Source: Azolla caroliniana (Eukaryota; Plantae; Polypodiophyta). Taken from it: DNA of 32,861 nucleotides. Every line of letters begins with the position of its first letter. Position 1 is the first letter of the stretch. The stretch lies in NCBI GenBank assembly GCA_043228905.1, contig JBHGNT010000344.1:1-32861 (forward strand). Direction: 5' to 3'. The notes under the pieces are model-generated. The model was not told where the DNA came from. It ran no database searches and saw only the letters and a list, made by a program, of their open reading frames with translations. Below are positions 10,244 to 21,851 of the stretch, one piece after another. Position numbers and translations under genes: made by a program.

Positions 10244-10856
10244 ATGTATGTGTGACTCGTGAGTGTGATGTGTGTATGTATTTGTGTGTGTGCACTGTGT
10301 GTACAAATGTATGTACGTACATTGCCGACACACACACACACACATGATATGAGTGATCACAAATATGCATGCACACATAGACACATACATACATACACAC
10401 AGAGTACGTAATATTATTCGAATGCATTGGCCAACATTCTTTTTCATACGAATGCAAATGTTACCAAAACATGCTTATGTTTTCTTTTTTACACTTTTTA
10501 CCTTTAACTTTCTTACCTTATTATTATTATTACCTTATATTAAATAATGAATACAAAAGTATGGTATTTACCATACATCGAGGGGTGTTTACCGTACTCG
10601 AATGATGGAAGCATTCGCGAATGCGAATGGACGTAATGTACGTATGGTTCATATTATGCATACCCACGAGTACATACGTAGAAATTTCAAATACACAGAT
10701 ATGTATGTACACATACGTATGTACGTATACGTATATGTATACCTTCATTGTCGTGCATGCAGAAATGGGTGCCCACTGCGCACCATCTCCCCCCCCCCCC
10801 CCCCCTCTCACTCTCTGTCTATGGGTACGGGTAGATCAGTGCAGAGAGAAACAGGG

Positions 10857-10892
<36 letters not shown>

Positions 10893-11055
10893 GATTAGGA
10901 GGGGTCCACCTTCCATATCAAGTTGTCAATCAACCCTCGCACGTTGTTCATTTCATCCAGATTCGAAGTATGTACATATATTAAGTCAGCAGACAAGGAA
11001 GGAGGTCCTCTGCTAAGCAAGCTATGGATCTCTGAACCCCCCCCCCCCCCCCCCC
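10211..11055. repeat. Simple-sequence-rich GLDP upstream region: (TG)n/(TATG)n, (CA)n, poly-C (10789..10805, 11037..11055), (GA)n (~10857..10893)
   Basis: Directly visible microsatellites. Confidence 0.9.
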
Positions 11056-11223
11056 TCTCTTCTGTGTCCTTAGAGATCCTACATATTCCTGTTTTCCTTC
11101 CAGATCTATGTTCTAGCTACTGGCCACCTCTTTGAGATCTGCTCCACATTTATCAGCAGAGACCTCATTTCTTTTGTTTGTAACCTTCAACCTTTGATTC
11201 AAGACTCTACTTTGTATACCATC

Positions 11224-14200
11224 ATGTCTGGAATAGTCAGGAAGATGGTGGGTTCTCGTCATTGCGGCGGCCGCATCTCGTGTCTTCTTCTTCAAAGCAG
11301 AAATTACATATGGAAGAAGATCCCGGAATCTCCCACCCCTGCTTCTTACACGAGGAGAATATTATCATCCCCCCCCATGATTCCGTCGGAATACTCTATG
11401 GCAGCGATCGCGATCCCGGGATATTCCCGTGGAATCTCGATCCATGCGCTCGAGCCAACCGACACCTTCCCTAGACGCCACATCAGCGCCACGCCAGCAG
11501 AACAAAGTAGGATGTCTAATATTTGTGGATTCAATTCTATTGAAGATCTCATTGATGCCACCGTCCCGACTTCTATCCGACGGCCTGAAATGCACCTACC
11601 CAAATTTGCTAATGGCCTCACAGAATCCCAAATGATAAATCATATGAGATCCTTAGCTTCCAAGAACAAGATATTCAAATCATATATTGGAATGGGTTAC
11701 TATAACACCCATGTACCCCCTGTCATCATCAGAAATATATTGGAAAATCCTGGTTGGTATACCCAATATACCCCTTATCAAGCCGAGATTGCACAAGGTA
11801 GGCTCGAATCTCTACTCAATTTTCAAACCATGATCACAGATCTCACAAGTATGCCCATGTCTAATGCATCATTGCTTGATGAGGCGACTGCGGCCGCTGA
11901 AGCCATGGCTATGTGTAGTAGCATCTCTAGAGGTAAGAAGAAGACATTCCTTATTGCGAGTCATTGCCACCCACAAACCATCGATATATGCAAAACGCGT
12001 GCCGATGGGTTCGAGCTGAATGTGGAAGTGGTTGATAGCATTGAAGGATTCGATTACAGTGCCAACAAGGATGTGTGTGGTGTACTTGTACAATACCCTA
12101 CTACTGATGGTGAAGTAATAGATCTCTCAGGGATCATTGAGAAGGCTCATACACACGGTGCAAAGGTAGTGGTATCGACTGATTTACTAGCTTTAACTAT
12201 CCTTAGGCCACCTGGGGAGTTGGGGGCAGATATGGTTGTTGGTTCGGCTCAACGGTTTGGTGTTCCTATGGGATATGGAGGTCCTCACGCAGCTTTCCTT
12301 GCCACTTCGGAAGAGTATAAAAGATTAATGCCTGGTCGTGTTATTGGTGTGAGTGTGGATGCAAGTGGAAAGCCTGCCTTAAGAATGGCGATGCAGACCC
12401 GTGAACAACATATCAGGAGAGAAAAAGCTACTAGTAACATATGTACTGCACAAGTAAGTACTTGCTTCTGGATCACAATTGTATATTTGCAACTGTCTGC
12501 AGATTTATTCTCATTTGAACTTCTCTTCATCTTGTTTAAGGTTGTACATATTTTGAATGTAGACATCAATTTTATTGCTAATGACCCTTTCACTTCCGTA
12601 GTTTGTATTTTTTATTTAGGTATTGATTGTCTAACCTTTTTTACTTGCTTATTATGTATAATTAGTTGAGAGTAGACATTGCTTTTGCTCATTTGAGTTA
12701 AATTCCTCTTTTTTTCACTTGTGTTGTTTGAATCTTTGGATGCAATATGATTTTTTTGGTTCATTTGGACCTTTTTGCTGAGTTTTTATTTTGGAATATA
12801 GGCATTGCTAGCAAACATGGCTGCCATGTATGCTGTGTATCATGGGCCAGAAGGATTGAAAAATATAGCCGAGAGAGTGCATGGACTAGCAAGCACATTC
12901 GCAGCAGGGCTAAAGAAATTTGGCCATGTAAAGGTAGAAAACACACTGTTCTTTGACACTGTGAAAGTTGGGGTGGCTGATGCAAATGCCATCTCACAAG
13001 CTGCTCTCAAGCGAGGCATTAATCTACGAGTATTGGACAAGAACACGGTATGTACAGTTGTGAAGTGGATTTAAAGGAATTCATGTTTGCTTCTCATCCA
13101 TTCAAAGCAAAGTACATATAAACAAATTCAACATGGGAAAAATGTAGTCCATTCAAAACAATGAATAACCTCGTTGAGTGTAAGTGATATAAACAAATTC
13201 ATGTAGGTGGTTATCATGTTCCCATTCAAAACAATGAATACCATGGTTTGAAGAATTGGATCTGTATCCACATGAAATATACAGAAGGGATGAAGAAGTT
13301 ATTTCTCCATACCAACACTCGTTTACCTGTGATATTCATAGATAACTGTTGCAATGGATGAAACGACGAGTCTCGAAGACGTTGATGAACTTTTTGAGAT
13401 ATTTGCTGATGGCAATCCGGTGGGTGCTTTGTTAGGTTAATTGAATCTATCTTGTTCTTTCAAAAGGTGCAAAACTGACCATGCTGATGTCTCCTTTCTT
13501 TCTCTTTCTCTCCTCATTTTTTTAGGTAAACTTCACTGCCCAATCCCTCGCACCTGAGGTAGATGCTTCCATTCCTGCGGAATTTCAACGTGAAAGCGGG
13601 TTCCTCATGTTTCCTGTCTTCAACTCGTAGGAGTTTTCTTTTGGGAGATTAAGTTTTTATGTATTGGCGAACATGGAGATATATACATCACTTAAAAAGT
13701 TTTGCTTTTTAATTGTATTGCAGCTATCATTCCGAGCATGAGATGTTACGCTACTTGCATAGGATTCAATCCAAAGATTTGTCCCTTTGCCACAGTATGA
13801 TACCCCTTGGGTCTTGCACTATGAAGCTTAATTCTACAGTTGAAATGATGCCAGTCTCATGGCCCGAGTTTGCCAATCTTCATCCTTTTGCACCTCCAGA
13901 TCAGGCTGCAGGATTTCAGGTATTCTTTAGGACGAAATACTTGTTCGGTATTTTGTAGACTGTTTTGAATTAACCAGATACCCTTGTTTTGAATGATTCA
14001 GGGTATTTTGTAGATCTCCCTATTTTTAATGTCTTTCCATGAGTGCTTGTGATTCCCAACTACTACATTTCATGTTATGTTACTAGCCATAGAAATGAAG
14101 ACCAAGTTCTATTTCAAATGAACTTATATGATAGGTGTATTATCGATCTAATTTGCATTGAATCAGTTTTGTCATTTTATATGTAGGAAATGTTTCAAGA

Positions 14201-17200
14201 TTTGGGGGAACTTCTAGCTGAGATTACTGGCTTTGACTCGGTATCTTTGCAACCTAATGCTGGTGCTGCCGGAGAGTATGCAGGTCTTATGGTTATTCGA
14301 GCATACCATCATGTAAGTTGTGGCACATGATATATATAGATGATCTACTAAGAGCCGAATAACCATACCATAATGTAAGTTGTGGCACATGATATATATA
14401 GATTATCTACTAAGAGCCTGATAGTTTTGTCTTTTCTTTGACATTCCTTTGCTAGAGAGGATCTCTTGATTCACTGCTAATGTTATTATTTGTGAATATA
14501 TAAATAATCATACATACATACCTACATGTGCATGGGCATACATACATATTTATATGCAGACATTAGGGACACATGCAAAATATTTATATCATTGTATTGC
14601 ACCGTTTTGGTCTCATAGGCCACATTGGGCTTCAAGCAGTTTATTTTTCATTATTTCGTCATAATTGGTCTACTGAACTTGATGTAGGCAAGAGGCGACT
14701 ATCACAGAAATGTATGCATTATCCCTGTTTCTGCCCATGGCACAAACCCCGCAAGTGCCGCCATGTGTGGAATGAAGATTGTCGTTGTGGGAACAGATGA
14801 GAAAGGCAATGTGAATATCGAGGAGCTTAGGAAGGCTGCTGAGGCCCACAAAGATAACCTTTCTGCCCTCATGGTAAGTTATAAATAGATTGCCTCATGC
14901 TGAAGTCTAAACACATCCTGAATTCTTCAATGACAATCAAATATAGCACTAGGGTGTAGACTTCACCATGGAAAGACAAAGGAGTGTGTGACCAAGAATC
15001 ACTTTAAAGATATTAACATTTTTCTGCTTGAAATTAAAATAATAGGTAACATATCCATCAACCCATGGAGTTTATGAAGATGGAATTGATGAGATCTGCG
15101 AGATAATCCACAAGAATGGTGGCCAAGTGTACATGGATGGTGCTAACATGAATGCTCAGGTTAACTACTTGGAGCTAAGATTTCTTGGCTGGTCTATGTT
15201 GTATGTTTCTTTACACATATAGTGCTTCTGTTTCCTTGAAAGGCCCGATTCATGCTTTATTTCCGACATTTCTAGGTTGGTTTGACCAGCCCTGGACACA
15301 TCGGGGCAGATGTTTGCCACTTGAATTTGCATAAGACATTCTGTATTCCTCATGGTGGAGGTGGCCCAGGCATGGGCCCTATCTGTGTGAAAAAGCATCT
15401 TGCTCCATTTTTACCTTCTCATCCTGTTGTAAGTATGAAGTTTTTTTCTCCCCAAAGTGAAGAATAATATTTTCAGGGTTTGCAGCTAGTGTAAGTAGAA
15501 AAATCCATGTAATCCTATATTATAATTAACGGATCAGGTTTTCAGATAACAGAATCCCTGGCATCTTCAAGACAAAAGTAAAAAAACATTTTAATTTCTT
15601 TTGAAATGAGTAGAGACATTTTTGTGTGATTCTCCACAGATTCAAACTGGAGGGATTCCTCAACCAGAGAAGCTTTCACCATTGGGGTCTATTTCTGCAG
15701 CACCATGGGGCTCAGCATTGATTCTACCCATCTCCTACAGCTACATTGCTATGATGGGGTCCAAAGGGCTCAAGCAAGCATCTGAATTGGCTATACTTAA
15801 TGCTAATTATATGGCTAAGCAACTAGAGGTAATATTGAGTTGATACTTGAAAAGGTATGGTGGTTATGGATCATACTTATCTGTATTTGTTTCTCTCTGT
15901 TGTAGGATTACTACCCGATTCTATTTCGAGGAAAGAATGGCACTTGTGCCCATGAATTCATCATTGATTTGAGGCCATTTAAGGTACTTGGTTGACATCT
16001 TTTAAATGTTTTTCTTTTCTATGAATACTAAGTTTAAAAGTTTGTGGATTTGATGGAGACTTCTAATATAATCAAATCACGCCTCTTTCTATTCCACAAC
16101 AGTCTACGGCGGGTCTAGAGGCAGAGGACGTAGCAAAACGCCTTATTGATTATGGATTCCATGCACCAACAATGTCGTTTCCCGTACCTGGAACTCTTAT
16201 GATTGAACCAACTGAAAGTGAAAGCAAGGTAAAACCTCAAATCACCAGGAAGAAACCAACTCAAATTTGGTTACAAGGGCTGAGAATGAAGAATTATTTA
16301 TACTGTTGTAGTTTTTTGTCGGAGCCTTATTGGTAAATATTGTTTGTTATATATGTTGTGGATAGGCTGAATTGGACAGGTTTTGTAATGCAATGATCTC
16401 CATTAGGAAGGAGATCGAAGCTATTGAGACGGGGATTGCTAGTCCACAAGACAATGTGTTGAAGGTGAAGTTCCAACAACCTCATGTCGTTATTAATAAT
16501 TATATACTAATGTATAACACATGCATACGAATCCATTTAACTATATATGGACCCATATACATACACACACATATATATACATATACATATATGTGTGTAC
16601 AACCATGTGCTCCCCTTCAATCTGATGTCGTTTGGCTATATATTAATGCATATACTCACTTAATACTAATGCTCATTAACCATAATGTATGTCAAATGCA
16701 TGTAGTTAATGTGCTAATGCATGCACCTATTATACGCATCTAGTTAGTTATGTGTAATGCCATGGAGTTATAATATATTATTACAAAGTTTATTGATAGA
16801 ATGAACTAACTTATGGTGTAATATGAGGATTCCAGGGTGCACCTCATCCGGCTGCTGTTGTTATGGCCGATGACTGGACGAAACCATATTCACGGGAGCT
16901 AGCAGCTTTTCCAGCATCGTGGGTCCGTGCATCGAAATTCTGGCCATCAACAGGTAAAAGAACATTTAACCCATTTGACTAGTTAGGAGTTCCAACTCCC
17001 GTCAATGACAACTTGAACCTAACAACCAGCAACGGTTTGGTTTGAACCCAACCGAATCGTGAAACTGCGGCTTAGCGGTTTAAACGGTTTGGTTCGGTTT
17101 CAATAGTTAGAAACCACGGTTTTAACGGATTTTTTTTTTTTTTAAATTTTAAAAAATTGTTTTTAAACAATGTTTTCATTTTCATGCCTTATTCTCACAT

Positions 17201-17937
17201 TTTAGGAAAATCTTTAAAATTTTGAAAATTTAAATAATGAAATATTTTAAATTTTAAATTTTAAAATTTGACCTAGGCTAAAAACCGAAACCGAACCATG
17301 GAACCACAATTTTACTGGTTTAATGGCTTAACGGTTTGAAATTGGTTTAATGGTTATGATTACGGTTTCGTGTTTCGGTTCGGTTTAGGTTTCAAATATT
17401 TTAAACGGTTTGGTGTCAAACCGGTTTGGTTTTGATCCTCTCGAACCAAACCAAACCGTTGCCAATTGTTACTTGAACCCCCATTTAAAGTTTTTTTTGG
17501 TTCATTCATCATTTACTCTCTTTTTTTTTTTCAAGTCTAGAAAGCCAAACAATGCAATAAAACCCTTGCTATTATGTTGCCTTGCCTAGAATGCTCAATC
17601 TTTATGCGTTGGAAAGATCAAATGCCTACCAATGCTATCCCATCTTATTACATTTTTCATCTAAAATGGACCCCTTTGCAGCCATTAGAATGCAATTGAT
17701 GCATTTTATTATCTTCATTTGATCTCCTCTCTTAAGAAGACCTGAATGCCAACCAATGCTATAAAAACCACCCTTGCTATTTATGCTTTCTTAAAAATGT
17801 GGACAATCTTTGTTAAATCGATGTTTTTAAATATTATCTTAGGGAGAATCGACAATGTCTATGGTGATCGCCACCTCGTATGCACCCTTCGTCCGTCGGA
17901 GCCAGAGTTTGAAGAACAAGCTATTGTTGCCGCATGA
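11224..17937 (+). CDS. GLDP: Glycine dehydrogenase (decarboxylating), mitochondrial; glycine cleavage system P-protein; 15 exons, 1044 aa
   Basis: Exons 11224-12453, 12802-13047, 13342-13419, 13526-13626, 13724-13919, 14187-14312, 14688-14873, 15046-15159, 15276-15428, 15640-15828, 15906-15983, 16103-16228, 16366-16464, 16836-16953, 17843-17937. All introns GT-AG, frame conserved (3135 nt). Motifs: [55 protein letters not shown]-lysine [35 protein letters not shown]-rich N-terminal presequence. Confidence 0.97.
14303..14418 (+). repeat. 62-bp-period tandem duplication spanning the GLDP exon 6 donor site
   Basis: ATACCAT.ATGTAAGTTGTGGCACATGATATATATAGAT.ATCTACTAAGAGCC occurs twice, with GT at 14313 and 14375. 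Confidence 0.9.
17020..17471. mobile_element. hAT-type MITE in GLDP intron 14 (452 bp)
   Basis: 8-bp TSD CTTGAACC (17012-17019, 17472-17479). 25-bp TIR TAACAAnnnGCAACGGTTTGGTTTG with 3 mismatches. Many subterminal CGGTTT/AAACCG motifs and an AT-rich core. Confidence 0.88.
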
Positions 17938-20412
17938 CCGAATTGTATAATATATCTATTACAAAACAATGTCAATTTCTAACCAGAGTGCAACCATTGG
18001 CTAAAAGTTTATGGCATTGATTGATTGATATCAACAAAAGTTGTTTAACCTAAGACTCATCGATATGCTAAAAGCGACCTATAAGAAATTCAATGATTAT
18101 TGTTGCACACTTTATTTTCTCAAAACTGTTTTTTGTTATATCCTATACAAATTAGGGTTTTGAGTCTTTTGACGTCGTATTAATCAATTACTTTCTCTAA
18201 GGTATTAATAAAGTGACGCTTTCTATCACATGCTTTAATACCATGTTATTGTCGCGTGCGAGAGAGTCCATTAAAATTTCTTTAGGTATAAGAAAAGAGA
18301 GAGATTTAGAAAATCACATAAAGAACTCTAGGGGCTACAATTTAAGTCATTCTTTTACAATTCTCAAAATTCAGTTCACAATGTTATACGCACCTATTTG
18401 AATGAAATCACCTTGTTATTATTATCTCTTTGTTTGTTTTAAAATATGTTGACATTAAGGTGACACTTATGAGGACAAGGTAAAGTGCCCATGGAACTCA
18501 CTTGTGAGAGTTGCTGAATGAAATTTCACTTTAGCGAAAATTCGTTGTAGGATATTCCATGAAGATCATCAAACAAAATTTCTCATACTACATTCCTACT
18601 AGGTACAATACTTAAGGTAGTAAAACTCCACCTTATACCCTAATACCTAAGGTAGTGAAACACAACCTTATACATGGGAAGGTAAAGCTTTTGCTCTTTA
18701 AGGAAAAGCCCAAGAGAAGATCACAAAACTAGTTAATGATGCCCAAACTAGCGACATAACCACCCAAATTGCGTTAGCAACTGGACATGTAGGGAATCTA
18801 ATATCTCGTCTCAATCATTGTATATAAAAAAATGGCTTGCAAGTATTGATTTGGTGTATGTCAATTTAATACACTATTGGTACCAATTTAATGATTTCAT
18901 TGGTGTACACTACGGGTATTGTTGAGTTATCAATCTTTCCAAAGTTCATTTGCCAACAATCCTAGAGTAGGGGCCTCAAGAATAGGCAAGGGGATAATGA
19001 TAGACAAATATGATCATATCTAGGAGGTATGTGAACCTTGCTCGCATATTTTTGAATGCCATGATGTTTGTATGGCACTAAAATAACATTTTTTAATATA
19101 CTTTAATTCACTATGCAATTGAAGTTAGCGTTGAGACTTTCCTTTAACATCAAAATGCAAGTGTCACGAGTATACAAGTACATCTAAGAGTAGAGAACTA
19201 TTATATTGTCTTCACTTTAACAATTGCCTATAATTTAATCAATCTCAAAATTGGTTGGTAGGAATGCATTAAGCATTGGACCAAAAGAGATTGTAAAGTT
19301 TAACACTTAAAATGACTGAGCACTATTGACAACATATTGGCGAGGATTCATTTGATCATGATAGATCAACCTTTTCCATACAATGCACACTTTAGTGGAT
19401 GAGACAATCAAGGGTGCAATGGGGAAAGACAGGAAATCATGGGGATCATTAATGCTTGTACACTTTCATCCAAGTAGCAAATAACCATACTCGATTGAGA
19501 ACTACTTTGAGTTGAGTGCAAATAACTAAGTTGTACTCAACATCCACGTGAAACTTTGATAGGGTGACACATAAACACGAATATTGCAACATAAGTTGTG
19601 ACAAACATTACCTTGTATCAATATTTGTCTAGGTCGTCCAAGATTTACAAGGTTTCTCTTAGTGCATAGGCCAAACATGAACTTATGCATATTTTTGTGT
19701 AACATAGATGCCAAAGCAAATGCACTTCACACTTCCTAGGCTTTAGCTATATCATTGGCTAGAGCTTTTAAGAACATGAGCAATTATCTACTAGTGCTCG
19801 AGCTATAAATTATTTCCATGATGAGAGAATGTCCAACCAATTTTGCACATTTGTTCGTTTATGCACAATAAGAAGAATCGAGCGAGTGAAATGGAAAGCA
19901 ATAATGGGCATACAAAAGCTCTCTCTCCCTCTTCCCCCTCCCTCCCATCAAACCTTTGGAAATGCTTGTCACATGTAAGTTAATGTCCTCTCATGTGTAA
20001 GATCGAGAAATTTGGGAGCTATAATAAATTGATGTTAAAAATTGATTGTGATAAATATAGCTTGATTAGTTATTGGTGTCAAGATGTGATATCACGATGT
20101 GTAGTCAATCTATGGTCAAGTGATAAAAACTCTTGATTGGGTGAAGTTTATTTAATTCTTTATCAAATTCTTTATAATCTATGGCCAATGAAAACCATAA
20201 AGAACCTATTGTTTTCATAACTAGCCTTACCGAATTGCACATTTATACTTTATCATACACTTTCTCATACCAATTTCTTCCTACTCATATAGGTATACGT
20301 ACATATAATTATATGTGTGCATGTAGTATGTCAAGTATATGTATATACATAGACACATGGGCTTTCTAATTTTTCTTTCTTCATGCATTACAAGCAATAC
20401 CATTGTTAGGAT

Positions 20413-20831
20413 CATAGATTGACAAATGCGTGATATTCGAGAATACAAAATGGCCCCAAGAATATTAAAAAACCATTCGTTTTGTAAAATAAATATAAAA
20501 AAATTAATTAATTATTTAAATAAACGTATTTCACCAAAAAAAACAATTATTCATTAATAGATTATAGTGTCAAGAGAGTTTATGAAACTTTTAATTAATT
20601 AATTAATTTTTTAAAAACGAATATTTTTAAATTTATTATACAAATATGATTACTATGTAATTAATATGAACTTTGAAGATATGATTAGTTTGAAGTACTA
20701 TTTTTAATTTCAACATAAAAATATCCATAAATTTTGAGGAAATAAAAAGTGAGAAATTAATGAGCCATTCGTATTCGTATTCGTTTGCATTCGAATGGGA
20801 AACCCGACGAATGCGAATATGTCAATCTATG
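20413..20831. mobile_element. hAT-type MITE (419 bp) between the GLDP and PP2C 3' ends
   Basis: 8-bp TSD GTTAGGAT (20405-20412, 20832-20839). Perfect 12-bp TIR CATAGATTGACA. Subterminal ATTCG/CGAAT repeats and an AT-rich core. Confidence 0.9.
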
Positions 20832-21851
20832 GTTAGGATAATATCTTGAGATATGTTGTTTGTATATTTACTTCTTTATAACTTGAATCATGAAGACTAG
20901 TAAAACTACCACATCAATGCATCTTCTCAAGTTTATGCGCATTGCATGTAATGCACTAGTTATGGCAAATATGTTGCAATATGGTGTTTGGAAAGTTACT
21001 TTTCTATAAACATGCACATTGCATGTATATGCAATCTCACAAAGCAATTTGTTTGTTCTTGTATGTTTACATTAAACACAAAAGCTCTATCCTTTTGTCT
21101 AGATAAGCCATATGTGAACACAATCATGGAAAACATATAACCTCTTGCTCACCAAAGAAAGTGAAGGTATGATGAGTAAGACTCTACTTGGTATTGTATG
21201 TTTTCCATGATCTCTTGTAGGTTATGAACGGCAACATTTCATTGTTATTTAGCAAGGAGATCATTCCTATCAAAGAACTAGGGTACGTTCTATGAAGCAA
21301 GTTGGAAATGCAAGGGAGAACATATAGATATATCATTGCAAACAAACAAACATTGCAACAAACAAGATAATAATCATTATCTCATCCCTCCACTTTGGGT
21401 AATGAATAAAAAATTGCAGGTACATCAGAAATTGAAGAAGTACTTCTCTAGTTTACTGAGAATTCTTCTTGTTGGTAGATGGGTTAATAGAATCGTATCC
21501 AATGAACACGAATAAAAAAGGTTAAAATAAGAAATAATGGAGGAACCCACAAACACCCTTCTTAGTTGGGTGTCAATGAAGTCCTTTTTGCCATTTGTGG
21601 CATATCAATAATCTCTCTGCATCAGGTTTGTGAATTCGACGCGTCCACTTATAACAATGGTCAAAGACCAAAGCAATTATATCTGCTTTCACCATTCAAC
21701 TATGTTCAACATTTGTGTAGAAGATGCTGAACTTTTATCGGGGCTCTGGTTCCCGAACATACTACAACCAATATGATAGATATGATGTAGTTTTGGATAA
21801 ATCTTAGAATCCAATGCAATCTTAATTAGGTTTTAGCTGATGCAATAGAAG

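Noticed and set aside
10400-10645. Possible MITE with CGAATG motifs similar to 20413..20831
   Set aside because: No matching TIR pair or TSD could be identified.
9973-11135. Cluster of 65-146-aa ORFs
   Set aside because: Produced by TG/CA/GA/poly-C microsatellites that lack stop codons.
11194-11223. ORF-track TTG start and intron read-through tail (12454..12669) of the GLDP ORF
   Set aside because: The first ATG is at 11224, and homology stops at the GTAAGT donor at 12454.
19526-19714. Possible integrase relic (NLGRPRQIL...SPY)
   Set aside because: Similarity is too weak to support without a profile search.
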